Shown here one piece after another: positions 1 to 8,066 of a stretch of 30,111 bases of DNA. How positions within the stretch are numbered: position 1 is the stretch's first letter; each line of letters begins with the position of its first letter. The stretch comes from an uncultured Bacteroides sp. Lineage in GTDB: Bacteria > Bacteroidota > Bacteroidia > Bacteroidales > GCA-2748055. The notes under the pieces are model-generated. The model was not told the origin of the DNA. It saw nothing but the letters and a program-made list of their open reading frames with translations, and made no database searches. Location: assembly GCA_964424935.1 (NCBI GenBank), contig CAYRLP010000001.1:1-30111 (forward strand), read 5' to 3'. Made by a program: the position numbers and the translations under genes.

Positions 1-2
1 CC

Positions 3-404
3 TCTTATCTCGGGATCAACAGCGTTACCAAGTACAACTGGGGTCAGGGGGAAGGGCCGGAAGATTACCTGGTATGGGGGGAACAGGCTATGAAACGCCG
101 GGAAAACTGGGACAAATCACTGGAAATCCCCTATTTCCCCAACGTTTCCATAGGCTGGGATGACACCCCCAGGTTCCCGGAAAAAGGAGAATCCAATGTG
201 ATCCATTATAATAATTCCCCGGAAAGTTTTGCAGCCTATCTTCAAAGGGCCAAAGACTATGTGCATGCGCATCCGGATCAGCCCGGACTGATTACTATAT
301 TTTCATGGAACGAATGGGTGGAAGGAGGATACCTGCTGCCCGATATGCGCTGGGAATTCGGGTATCTGGAGGCCCTGGAAGAGGTTATGAAGGATCGTCC
401 CTGA
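3..404 (+). CDS. GH99-like / WbsX-family glycoside hydrolase domain protein, C-terminal part (5' truncated by window)
   Basis: Frame is open from base 3 (SYLGINSVTKYNW...) into the listed 90..404 ORF. YFPNVSIGWDDTPR and ITIFSWNEWVEGGYLLPD match the C-terminal motifs of this family. Confidence 0.75.
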   Translation, partial: SYLGINSVTKYNWGQGEGPEDYLVWGEQAMKRRENWDKSLEIPYFPNVSIGWDDTPRFPEKGESNVIHYNNSPESFAAYLQRAKDYVHAHPDQPGLITIFSWNEWVEGGYLLPDMRWEFGYLEALEEVMKDRP

Positions 405-471
405 ACAGGGGTATTGGATTTTAGTTCGAACAAAATTGTATCTTAACCGGTAAATCAACTGGCAGATCGTT

Positions 472-1335
472 ATGAAAAGAAGAACATTTCTCAGAAACAG
501 CGTGGCAGGGGCCGCTCTTTTATCAGCATTTCCTTATGAAGCGTTTGCACTTGAACAAAAGTTATATCCACATGACCGGGTTAAATTGGGAAACACGGGT
601 ATTGAAATGTCCAGGATGGCCATGGGGACCGGAACCAATGGATACGGAGGGTCTTCCGATCAAACCCGGCGGCTGGGCATAAAAGGGGTGTCGGATCTTT
701 TGCGTGCAGCTTTCGATGATGGGATAAATTTCTGGGATACGGCAGATCAGTACGGATCCCATCCCCATGTTGGAGAGGCCCTGAAAAAAGTAGAACGCGA
801 AGATGTGGTCATCCTGACCAAAACCAATGCCACCAACTATGAAGATGTGAAAAAAGCCCTGGAACGCTTCCGTGGTGAGTTGGGAACTGATTATCTGGAT
901 ATCGTTCTTCTTCATGCAGTTACTGACCCTCAATGGAACCAGAACATGAAGGGTGCCATGGATGCTCTTGCCGAAGCTAAGGAAAAAGGGATTTTACGGG
1001 CACATGGCCTTTCCTGCCATTCGCTGGGGGCCCTGGAGACTGCAGCTGACGAACCCTGGGTGGATGTGGATCTGGCCCGGTTCAATCCAGGGGGGGCAAG
1101 AATGGATGCGGATGTTCCAACTGTCCAGAGGGTATTGACCCGGATGAAGAAAAATGGTAAAGCGATCATCGCCATGAAGGTATATGGTTGTGGCCAGCTG
1201 CTGGACAAGAAGGATGAATGCCTTCAGTTTCAGACAGGAACAGGAATTGCAGATGCTTTTACCCTTGGACTGGAAAGTATCGAGCAATTGAGGGATATTC
1301 AAAAAAGGCTGCCCGAAGCAAGCGTAAGGGCTTAA
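472..1335 (+). CDS. Aldo/keto reductase with twin-arginine (Tat) signal peptide
   Basis: N-terminal MKRRTFLR Tat motif plus hydrophobic stretch. AKR motifs GINFWDTADQYG, ILTKT and DIVLLH. Confidence 0.9.
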   Translation: MKRRTFLRNSVAGAALLSAFPYEAFALEQKLYPHDRVKLGNTGIEMSRMAMGTGTNGYGGSSDQTRRLGIKGVSDLLRAAFDDGINFWDTADQYGSHPHVGEALKKVEREDVVILTKTNATNYEDVKKALERFRGELGTDYLDIVLLHAVTDPQWNQNMKGAMDALAEAKEKGILRAHGLSCHSLGALETAADEPWVDVDLARFNPGGARMDADVPTVQRVLTRMKKNGKAIIAMKVYGCGQLLDKKDECLQFQTGTGIADAFTLGLESIEQLRDIQKRLPEASVRA

Positions 1336-1413
1336 CTGTAAAGGAAATACAAATCTCGGTGAAGGCCCAGGACCTTCACATGGGGAATATGAAACTCTGA
1401 AAGGTTATTACGG

Positions 1414-1596
1414 TCAGGCCCCCAGAGATTTTAGTGCTTCATAAACAAGGAATGCAGGCCAGACCAGTGCTTTTAAAACACCCAGTAGCCCTATCCAGAA
1501 ACTGGTCGCCGTACTGATGTAATAAATTGCTGCTCCAATAAGGCCTATTCCATATACAGCATTGGTTGAGGCGCCTCGTTGTACTTCTTTTGCCAT
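1414..1596 (-). CDS. Small (60 aa) two-helix membrane protein, unknown function
   Basis: Two hydrophobic segments (AVYGIGLIGAAIYYI; FWIGLLGVLKALVWPAFLVY). AT-rich region upstream of ATG. Fills the gap between neighbouring genes. Confidence 0.75.
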   Translation of the reverse strand: MAKEVQRGASTNAVYGIGLIGAAIYYISTATSFWIGLLGVLKALVWPAFLVYEALKSLGA

Positions 1597-1687
1597 AATT
1601 AATGATTTAGTTTCAGGTAAATTGGAGATCTAATTTACTATTTTTAAGGCAAATAACGTTAAACTAACATTAATTTCGGCAGCAGGT

Positions 1688-2104
1688 ATGAACATCTATT
1701 TCTGTGGATCCATACGGGGCGGGCGTGATCTGGCCTCTACCTATGAAAGGTTGATCGGGATTCTTGGCACTTATGGCAGGGTCCTGACCGAACATTTGGG
1801 ATGTGATGAGGAAATCGAACAAAAGGACCGGATTCTTACGGATCAGGAGATACATGACCGAGATATGCAATGGATCACGATGTCCGATGTTCTGGTTGCC
1901 GAAGTGACCGTCCCAAGCCTGGGCGTAGGCTATGAAATCGGAAGGGCGATCGAAATGGGCAAACCCGTGTTCTGCCTGTTTCAAGAGGGATCAGGATATA
2001 CGCTTTCTGCCATGATTGCAGGCAGTGACCAGTTGGAAGCCGAATATTACAGGAATATAGAGGAAGCAGAGCAGCTGCTTAAGAGCTATTTCAACTATTC
2101 TTAA
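1688..2104 (+). CDS. Nucleoside 2-deoxyribosyltransferase family; DNPH1/Rcl-like 2'-deoxynucleoside 5'-monophosphate N-glycosidase
   Basis: IYFCGSIRGGR N-terminus, RD, SDVLVAEVTVPSLGVGYEIGRA (catalytic Glu) and LSAMI motifs. Confidence 0.88.
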   Translation: MNIYFCGSIRGGRDLASTYERLIGILGTYGRVLTEHLGCDEEIEQKDRILTDQEIHDRDMQWITMSDVLVAEVTVPSLGVGYEIGRAIEMGKPVFCLFQEGSGYTLSAMIAGSDQLEAEYYRNIEEAEQLLKSYFNYS

Positions 2105-2705
2105 GCCTCATGATTTCATTATGGTGGGATACCACCAGTTTTTCATACTTCTCCCTGGAGCTTTTCCGGTATTGTTCAAACTCTTCCTGGAGATGCTCGA
2201 GATGCTCCTTGACCTCTTTGGTAACCTGGTGGGATCGCTTGAATAAATAGAACAATATAAAGGCGAGTGCAACAAGCCCGAGAATGATAAACCACAGGAT
2301 CGTGCTGTACAGTGTTTTGTTCATCTGAATTCCCAGAATGGAAAGGCTGTCCCTGTTTTTGATTGCTTCGTCCTTTTCGGTTCTGACCCTGGCCAGATCT
2401 GTGTTCAAAGTCTCAATCTGAAAATCTTTTGCCGTCAGGTTGCTGTTCAGTTCAGCAATTTCAAGCCTTGCTTCATGGAGGGTATCAGTGACATTCCTTT
2501 TCAGTTTCAGGAACACATCCTCACGGATGGCGCGGTAATCATTATAAATCCGTGTTCTCTCTTGAATATAGTCAAGCTGGGATTCCAGTGTGGTGGTGTC
2601 CATAAGGGCAATTGCTCCGGATTGTGCCTGGATGGGTTGAAGCATGGAAATAACCAGAGCTGCGATCAACAGCGCTGCTACCCGATGGTTAGAAGTTTTT
2701 TTCAT
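2091..2705 (-). CDS. Signal peptide + coiled-coil + single TM membrane protein, unknown function
   Basis: Signal peptide (...MLQPIQAQ), heptad-rich middle, TM LYSTILWFIILGLVALAFILFYLF and charged C-terminal coil. Confidence 0.75.
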   Translation of the reverse strand: MKKTSNHRVAALLIAALVISMLQPIQAQSGAIALMDTTTLESQLDYIQERTRIYNDYRAIREDVFLKLKRNVTDTLHEARLEIAELNSNLTAKDFQIETLNTDLARVRTEKDEAIKNRDSLSILGIQMNKTLYSTILWFIILGLVALAFILFYLFKRSHQVTKEVKEHLEHLQEEFEQYRKSSREKYEKLVVSHHNEIMRLKNS

Positions 2706-2832
2706 AGTTATCGTTTATGGTACCCTGTTCATGCAATATTAACGAAGAGAATGTAATAATATGATTTCGTTTTGTAAGCAATCTGACTGACTATCACACA
2801 AAGCTCTGTAAAAGAAGTATTTACTGTATAAT

Positions 2833-2858
2833 TGTTCCCTTTCGCCCGGGAACATTTT
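2833..2858. terminator. Hairpin downstream of the phosphotriesterase gene, possible intrinsic terminator
   Basis: TGTTCCC (2833-2839) / GGGAACA (2848-2854) stem, followed by TTTT on +. The T tract on the minus strand is weak. Confidence 0.35.
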
Positions 2859-2930
2859 GCGGTTTATTGAATACTCCAAAGATCTGTTCCATGTTTGCAG
2901 GTCCTGGCTATTCAAAACATTCATTCGGTC

Positions 2931-3968
2931 TTATATTCTTACTTTAAAAGCGTTAGCTGGATTCACCTTAAGTAATTGATCAATATCCTCTGGTGTACAT
3001 CCTCCGGATTTCAGGGCCGGGAGAAGGTCGGTAAATATCCCTGTATATCCCCTGAAGGTCCCTCCGTTTTCTTCGTCCGGATTGTACCATCCCGCATCAT
3101 GGGAAATAAGTATACGATCCAGATATCCTGCCTTTTTAAGTTCCAGGATGCGGTTGGCATACCAATGAATATCAAAAGGTGAACCCGGTTCCCTGCCGGT
3201 ATCTATATTATCAAGAGAGATCCAGGAACCCATTGATGCAGCCTGGATGTTACCCTCCAGCGTTCCGCGCTGAGCATGTACCCAGATGAAGGAGGAAGGA
3301 TCGATTCCATGGGACTGAAGGACATGTATTTGTGCAAATGCAGGTCCATCCGGTCCGGTGTGTGAGGCAATGACCAGGCCGGTTTGTTTATGCGCCAGAG
3401 CAGCAGCCGTGATGATTTTAACATGTTCCCTTGAAAGGGTATCGCTTGCATCGACCGAAATTTTAATGAACCCCGGCCTTACCCCGCTTCCATCGATTCC
3501 CTCTTCAAACTCCTTCACCCAGATCTGAGCGATCTCTTCGGCACTTTTATGATAAAAATGTTCCGGAATATAGAGGTTGCCACGGGCTCCGTAATAACCT
3601 GTATTTGTAAGCAGATTCATTCCGGTCTGCCTGGAAAGTTCTTTTAGGATCCATGGATCTCTTCCCAGGTAGGCAGGGGTACATTCAATCAGTGTTGATA
3701 CCTGGTATTCCCGGAGTTCGGTCAGGTAAGGGAGAACTTTTTGAATTACCTCCTCCCTGTCCCAGCGATGGTATCCGGTGCTGTCGGCCCCTATAAAATC
3801 CACCAGCACATGTTCATGGCTGAGGGTGACGCCCAAAGCCGATACCGGAACCGGGCCATTTACGGTGAGGATCATTTCTTCTGTCTTCTGCTTACAGCCT
3901 GCCAGCACTGCCAGGGCCAGGCATGCGAACATGACGTACGTTATTTTGATGGATTTCATGGATCTCAT
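2931..3968 (-). CDS. Phosphotriesterase-family (PTE/PHP) amidohydrolase, predicted lipoprotein
   Basis: TLSHEH, GFIKI (carbamylated Lys position), SHTG, WVHA and ISHDAG metal-site motifs. Lipobox LAVLAGC. Start moved from 4055 to 3968 (alternative 3959) because the extension overlaps the upstream gene and a TATATTTG box abuts 3968. Confidence 0.9.
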   Translation of the reverse strand: MRSMKSIKITYVMFACLALAVLAGCKQKTEEMILTVNGPVPVSALGVTLSHEHVLVDFIGADSTGYHRWDREEVIQKVLPYLTELREYQVSTLIECTPAYLGRDPWILKELSRQTGMNLLTNTGYYGARGNLYIPEHFYHKSAEEIAQIWVKEFEEGIDGSGVRPGFIKISVDASDTLSREHVKIITAAALAHKQTGLVIASHTGPDGPAFAQIHVLQSHGIDPSSFIWVHAQRGTLEGNIQAASMGSWISLDNIDTGREPGSPFDIHWYANRILELKKAGYLDRILISHDAGWYNPDEENGGTFRGYTGIFTDLLPALKSGGCTPEDIDQLLKVNPANAFKVRI

Positions 3969-3972
3969 GCTG

Positions 3973-3980
3973 CAAATATA
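3973..3980 (-). promoter_or_regulatory. Bacteroidota -7 promoter box TATATTTG, 4 nt before the PTE ATG
   Basis: Exact TAnnTTTG match, then CAGC, then ATG. Confidence 0.65.
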
Positions 3981-3984
3981 TAAA

Positions 3985-4656
3985 CTAACTCCATACCCAG
4001 ACAGGGGGAGCCGGAAGCGTACCATATAGAATGATATCAAATACGGCATGAGCAATCAGGGGTGGAAGGACGTGATTGGATGCTTCGCGAAGGATTCCGA
4101 ACAGAAGTCCACCAATGAAGGTCCAGAAAATCAGAAAGAAAAAATCAAATTGCAGGGGAATGGCGAGGGTCAGGATCACCAGCAATTTGTAAGAAGTATG
4201 CATTGCAGAAGCGGTGACGATGGCAAGGGTTCTACCTGCAGGACGCAAATGCCCCTGCAAATAGCCTCTGAATAGCAGTTCCTCGGCCGTACCTATAAGG
4301 GGTGCCACGAAGGCCACTCCGGTAAAGCCGGCAGGGATCAGGGTAAGCTCAAAGCGTTTTCGTGTCCATATTCCCAGCACGACGCCCAGCACGACTGCTG
4401 CGATAGAAATCAAAACGATATTGCGGTTCAGCGGACGGATTCCAAATGCTCCCCACAAACTTTCTTTTCTGGTGGAGAATGCGATCACGGCGGCGGTGCC
4501 CAGGAGTCCACCCACAGCTATACATACAGCGGGAAAAGACCGGTGAATGAACCCGGCAAACAGCAAAATGCCTGACAGGGCCAGAAATGCATCCCTGATC
4601 CGGCCCGGATTCTGTCTGATCCTGGAACTGGTGGAAAGAAATCCCTTCGGCTTCAT
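3985..4656 (-). CDS. CPBP-family (Rce1/CAAX type II, Abi) intramembrane glutamic endopeptidase
   Basis: Multi-TM protein with AEELLFRGY (EExxxR), SAMH and AHAVFD motifs. Confidence 0.88.
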   Translation of the reverse strand: MKPKGFLSTSSRIRQNPGRIRDAFLALSGILLFAGFIHRSFPAVCIAVGGLLGTAAVIAFSTRKESLWGAFGIRPLNRNIVLISIAAVVLGVVLGIWTRKRFELTLIPAGFTGVAFVAPLIGTAEELLFRGYLQGHLRPAGRTLAIVTASAMHTSYKLLVILTLAIPLQFDFFFLIFWTFIGGLLFGILREASNHVLPPLIAHAVFDIILYGTLPAPPVWVWS

Positions 4657-4657
4657 C

Positions 4658-6013
4658 CTAGGCCTTTTGCCTGGACAGGCTGCGGAATATCAGAATAAAT
4701 GGGATCAGGAGCAAGAGCCAGCCGGACCCCAGGCACAGGCCACTTCCCGGGACAATGGATGTATTAGGAAGCTCTGCTTTTAACTCATTGATCCACATTT
4801 CGTTATCCTCATATACATTATCCGATAGTATAAGGGTTTGCAACTGTTTCAGGGAGTCTAGTCCCGTCAGCTGGTCTTGTTCAAGCTGAAGCAGCAGGGT
4901 GTGAAGCTGCGGTAAGGCCTGCAAGGGAAACAGATTTTCGATTTCCCCGCAGTCGAGCAATTCAATCATTTCCAACCCTGAGAAGTGATCCGTAAGTTCT
5001 GCGAATTGCTGCTGAGTTACATTGGGAGGGAAGGAAAGGCATTGCAGGGGTCCGAGATCCTGCAGGATCTCAATATCCTTCAACCGGGAACACATGGTCA
5101 GGTTCAGCCGATTCAGCTTGTGAAGGTCAGCAAGATTGCGGATATCTGAAAGGGTATCACAGCCGATCAGGTAGAGGTTGCGGAGTGATTCAGGGAATTC
5201 AATGGAAGAAAGGCTGGTCAATCCGGATTCAGCAATGGTCAGACTTTGCAGTTTATTAAGGCCGGACAGGGGAAGCAGTTCTCCTGGTTCCGGTTCCCAG
5301 TCAGCAACAATCAGGGCATCCAGGTAGCCACAGCAATTGGCCAGATTGGACTGGGACAGTATGTTCCCATCTATCCACAGAAGCTCTACGCTGGAAAAAG
5401 GAATACTCTCTTCGGGTAATGGCAGGCCGGATGCAGTATTTATAACCAGAAACCGGGGACGGCAAATGGACAGAAGTTCCGAAAGCTGATCGGGTTCGGT
5501 TTTGTTCTCCAGAATCAGACTGGTTCCCTGAAGTGCTTCCTGCTTTTGCCGGAGTACCTCGAGCAGATCTTCGGACAATGGACTGTCAATCAGCAGGGAG
5601 GATAACTGTTCAAGTTCAGGTGTACTCAGTTTTTCAAACGCCTCCAGGGAGCTGGAGTCGGTTAATTCAAAGTAGTCCAGGCGTCCGTTCAGGTACACCG
5701 ATTCCGCATCCAGGGTATCGAATACCAGAGATAAGACAGGGCCGTCCTGGGGATGGTACCGGTGATAATATTGCCAATCTTCCCGGAACATGTAGAGCAG
5801 GTCCCCGTCAGAGGCCGGCAGAATAAGGTTCAATGACTCTTCCTGTTCACTTATGGAACCAAAAACTGCATAGGAAGTGTTTACATCACAGGCCCAGGAA
5901 GCACCTTCAATTTGCAGGAGTTCCACTTCCGGATTCCCCGTTCCGGTGCATCCGGCTAATATCCCTGCTATGGAGATCCAGGCAGGGAAAAACAGCTTTC
6001 GTATCGCGCGCAT
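4658..6013 (-). CDS. Leucine-rich-repeat lipoprotein with C-terminal TM/basic tail
   Basis: Lipobox AGILAGC. Repeats such as LQSLTI, LRNLYLIGCDTLSDI, LNRLNLTMCSRLKDI and LHTLLL. C-terminus GSGLCLGSGWLLLLIPFILIFRSLSRQKA. Confidence 0.8.
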   Translation of the reverse strand: MRAIRKLFFPAWISIAGILAGCTGTGNPEVELLQIEGASWACDVNTSYAVFGSISEQEESLNLILPASDGDLLYMFREDWQYYHRYHPQDGPVLSLVFDTLDAESVYLNGRLDYFELTDSSSLEAFEKLSTPELEQLSSLLIDSPLSEDLLEVLRQKQEALQGTSLILENKTEPDQLSELLSICRPRFLVINTASGLPLPEESIPFSSVELLWIDGNILSQSNLANCCGYLDALIVADWEPEPGELLPLSGLNKLQSLTIAESGLTSLSSIEFPESLRNLYLIGCDTLSDIRNLADLHKLNRLNLTMCSRLKDIEILQDLGPLQCLSFPPNVTQQQFAELTDHFSGLEMIELLDCGEIENLFPLQALPQLHTLLLQLEQDQLTGLDSLKQLQTLILSDNVYEDNEMWINELKAELPNTSIVPGSGLCLGSGWLLLLIPFILIFRSLSRQKA

Positions 6014-6201
6014 GATAAGAATTTAAAGGATTCACATCATGCAAGTTATGATACTTTGGAAGCCAAGTCAAGATTTACCTCTATACCGGGGCCTTATATT
6101 CGGAAGCATATCCCGGTAATCCCCAGGTAATCCTGGTGATACAGGAAGCGCATTATACCATAGGCCACCAGCAGGATAAACCACAAAGTGCACATATTTA
6201 T

Positions 6202-6209
6202 TACTTTTG
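6202..6209 (+). promoter_or_regulatory. -7 promoter box TACTTTTG, 4 nt before the GNAT ATG
   Basis: Exact TAnnTTTG match, then GGAG, then ATG at 6214. Confidence 0.6.
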
Positions 6210-6213
6210 GGAG

Positions 6214-6705
6214 ATGGAAATCAGAATAGCCGCAAAAGAGGATCTGCCAGCCATTAACAGGATCTACAACCAGGCCGTGCGACAGCGCTTCTGCACAGCT
6301 CACCTGGAAGAGATCGGCATCCGGGAACGGGAACGCTGGTTCGATGAACATGATCCAGCCCATTACCCGGTCTTTGTGGCCGTTGAGGATCACGAGGTGG
6401 TAGGATGGATGTCCCTGGGTCCTTATCGGGCGGACAGGCAGGCGCTCATCCATGTGGCCGAAGTGAGTTACTATGTGGATGAGGCGAAACGGGGGAAAGG
6501 GATAGGAAGCACACTGTTGGATCACGCCATTCGCAACGCGTCCGCTTATGGATTTTCAGTACTGATCGCCATATTGCTGAATAAAAATCCAGCCAGCATC
6601 AGATTACTGGAAAAATCAGGTTTTGCAGAGTGGGGCCGGATGCCCGGAATAGCCAGGATCGGGGATCAGTTTGCCGATCACCTTTACTATGGTTTGAAAC
6701 TCTGA
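6214..6705 (+). CDS. GNAT N-acetyltransferase, phosphinothricin-acetyltransferase (Pat/YncA-like) subfamily
   Basis: MEIRIAAKEDLPAINRIYNQA, YPVFVA, SYYVDEAKRGKGIGSTLL (acetyl-CoA motif) and NPASIRLLEKSGF. Start reassigned from 6136. Confidence 0.88.
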   Translation: MEIRIAAKEDLPAINRIYNQAVRQRFCTAHLEEIGIRERERWFDEHDPAHYPVFVAVEDHEVVGWMSLGPYRADRQALIHVAEVSYYVDEAKRGKGIGSTLLDHAIRNASAYGFSVLIAILLNKNPASIRLLEKSGFAEWGRMPGIARIGDQFADHLYYGLKL

Positions 6706-7982
6706 TCGCTTCCAAGCATAACGGGTGGATCGGCAGGATTTATGTTCTCAAGCCGGACCTCCCGGAAAACGTTCCTGGTGCGAATGGGGCTGGAAAACCG
6801 TACAGGGAGGTAGTGTTCGCCATAGCCCTGAGCTGTTCCGCCTGAATCTACTTTTTCAATCAGGACCCGCTCGGTCCGACCCAGCATCTCCTGCATGTAG
6901 CGCAGCCTGTTTTCCTCGGAAACCAGCCGGATGACTTCGCTTCTGCTGGTTTTAACCTTCTCTTCGACCTGCTCCAACATGCGGTCGGCACGCGTACCCT
7001 TTCGCCTGGAATATCTGAAGGTATGGATATGACTGAAGCGTGCTTCTTTTGCCACCCGGACGGTCTGTTCAAAATCTTCGTCCGTCTCACCCGGGAATCC
7101 AACGATCACATCGGTGGTAAAATTGAAATCCGGTATTTCCCTGCGAAAGGAATCCAGAATATCCATAAAGCTCCGGGTTGTATACATACGTCGCATTTTC
7201 AGCAGAATCCGGTCGGAACCACTCTGAATGCAAAGGTGCAGGTGCGGGGTCATTTTGGGATGCTGAAACACCTTGTAAAAGTCCGGACCGAACCCATCAG
7301 GTTCCAGGGAAGAGATCCGTATACGGAAATCCCCGGGAAGATCCGCTATTTTTTCAATGGCCCGTTCCAGGTTGTAAGGTCCGTAATTATATCGCCCGAT
7401 ATTTACCCCGGTGATGACGATTTCCTTGAATCCGTTGTCGGTTACCTGCCGGACATTCTCCAGGATCTCATTCAGGGGACGACTGATTGCCCTTCCCCGT
7501 ACCGAAGGAACAATACAGTAGGTGCAAAAATTATCGCATCCATCCTGGATCTTTATGGAAGTACGTGTATGAAGGCTTTGATCCACCGTTTCAAACCCGA
7601 ATACATTTCCGGGAAAAGTATCGGGGTGGACCACTTCTCCCTTGAAATGGGCGTCCACCAGTGATACGATATGGCTCTTTCGTGCATTATCCACCACGTA
7701 AGTGATCCGGTTGTCGGCTTCCAGCTGATCTTTGTAATTATTCGCCATGCAGCCCGTTACTACTACAAGTCCGCCCGGATTTTTCCGGACTGTCTGGTTG
7801 ATGGTATTCCGGGATTTCTGGTCGCTCTGGTTGGTAACCGTACAGGTATTGATCACGGTTACATCAGAAGGAGCAGAAGTATCCACCACCTCATAACCCG
7901 CCTGGTGAAACCGGGTTACAAGCGCATCGGTTTCATACTGGTTCAACCGGCATCCCAATGTCTTAAACGTGACCTTTTTCAT
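6687..7982 (-). CDS. mtaB: tRNA t6A37 methylthiotransferase MtaB (radical SAM)
   Basis: MKKVTFKTLGCRLNQYE, INTCTVT, VVTGC, KIQDGCDNFCTYC (CxxxCxxC), DVIVGFPGET and HTFRYSRRKGTRA. Start reassigned from 8291 to 7982. Confidence 0.92.
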   Translation of the reverse strand: MKKVTFKTLGCRLNQYETDALVTRFHQAGYEVVDTSAPSDVTVINTCTVTNQSDQKSRNTINQTVRKNPGGLVVVTGCMANNYKDQLEADNRITYVVDNARKSHIVSLVDAHFKGEVVHPDTFPGNVFGFETVDQSLHTRTSIKIQDGCDNFCTYCIVPSVRGRAISRPLNEILENVRQVTDNGFKEIVITGVNIGRYNYGPYNLERAIEKIADLPGDFRIRISSLEPDGFGPDFYKVFQHPKMTPHLHLCIQSGSDRILLKMRRMYTTRSFMDILDSFRREIPDFNFTTDVIVGFPGETDEDFEQTVRVAKEARFSHIHTFRYSRRKGTRADRMLEQVEEKVKTSRSEVIRLVSEENRLRYMQEMLGRTERVLIEKVDSGGTAQGYGEHYLPVRFSSPIRTRNVFREVRLENINPADPPVMLGSDQSFKP

Positions 7983-7986
7983 CCCG

Positions 7987-7994
7987 CAAATGTA
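7987..7994 (-). promoter_or_regulatory. -7 promoter box TACATTTG, 4 nt before the mtaB ATG
   Basis: Exact TAnnTTTG match, then CGGG, then ATG. Confidence 0.7.
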
Positions 7995-8066
7995 AACAAT
8001 CCACCCGATGTTTTGTGCGAATTCGCTACCTTGTGGAACGTATCTGTTTCTGTAATTTCTTCCGAT

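Noticed and set aside
1359-1379. GTGAAGG/CCTTCAC hairpin between convergent genes
   Set aside because: No T tract on either strand. It may aid termination but cannot be called.
2091-2705. Possible enzyme label (similar proteins are, from memory, sometimes annotated tRNA guanine-N1 methyltransferase)
   Set aside because: Signal peptide, coiled coil and TM topology with no SPOUT or SAM-binding motif.
2783-2792. TGACTGA half-site like the TetR operator
   Set aside because: No inverted partner half-site.
2739-2924. 61-aa minus-strand ORF in the gap after PTE
   Set aside because: No motif, TM or signal. It spans a hairpin and the likely promoter region of the next gene.
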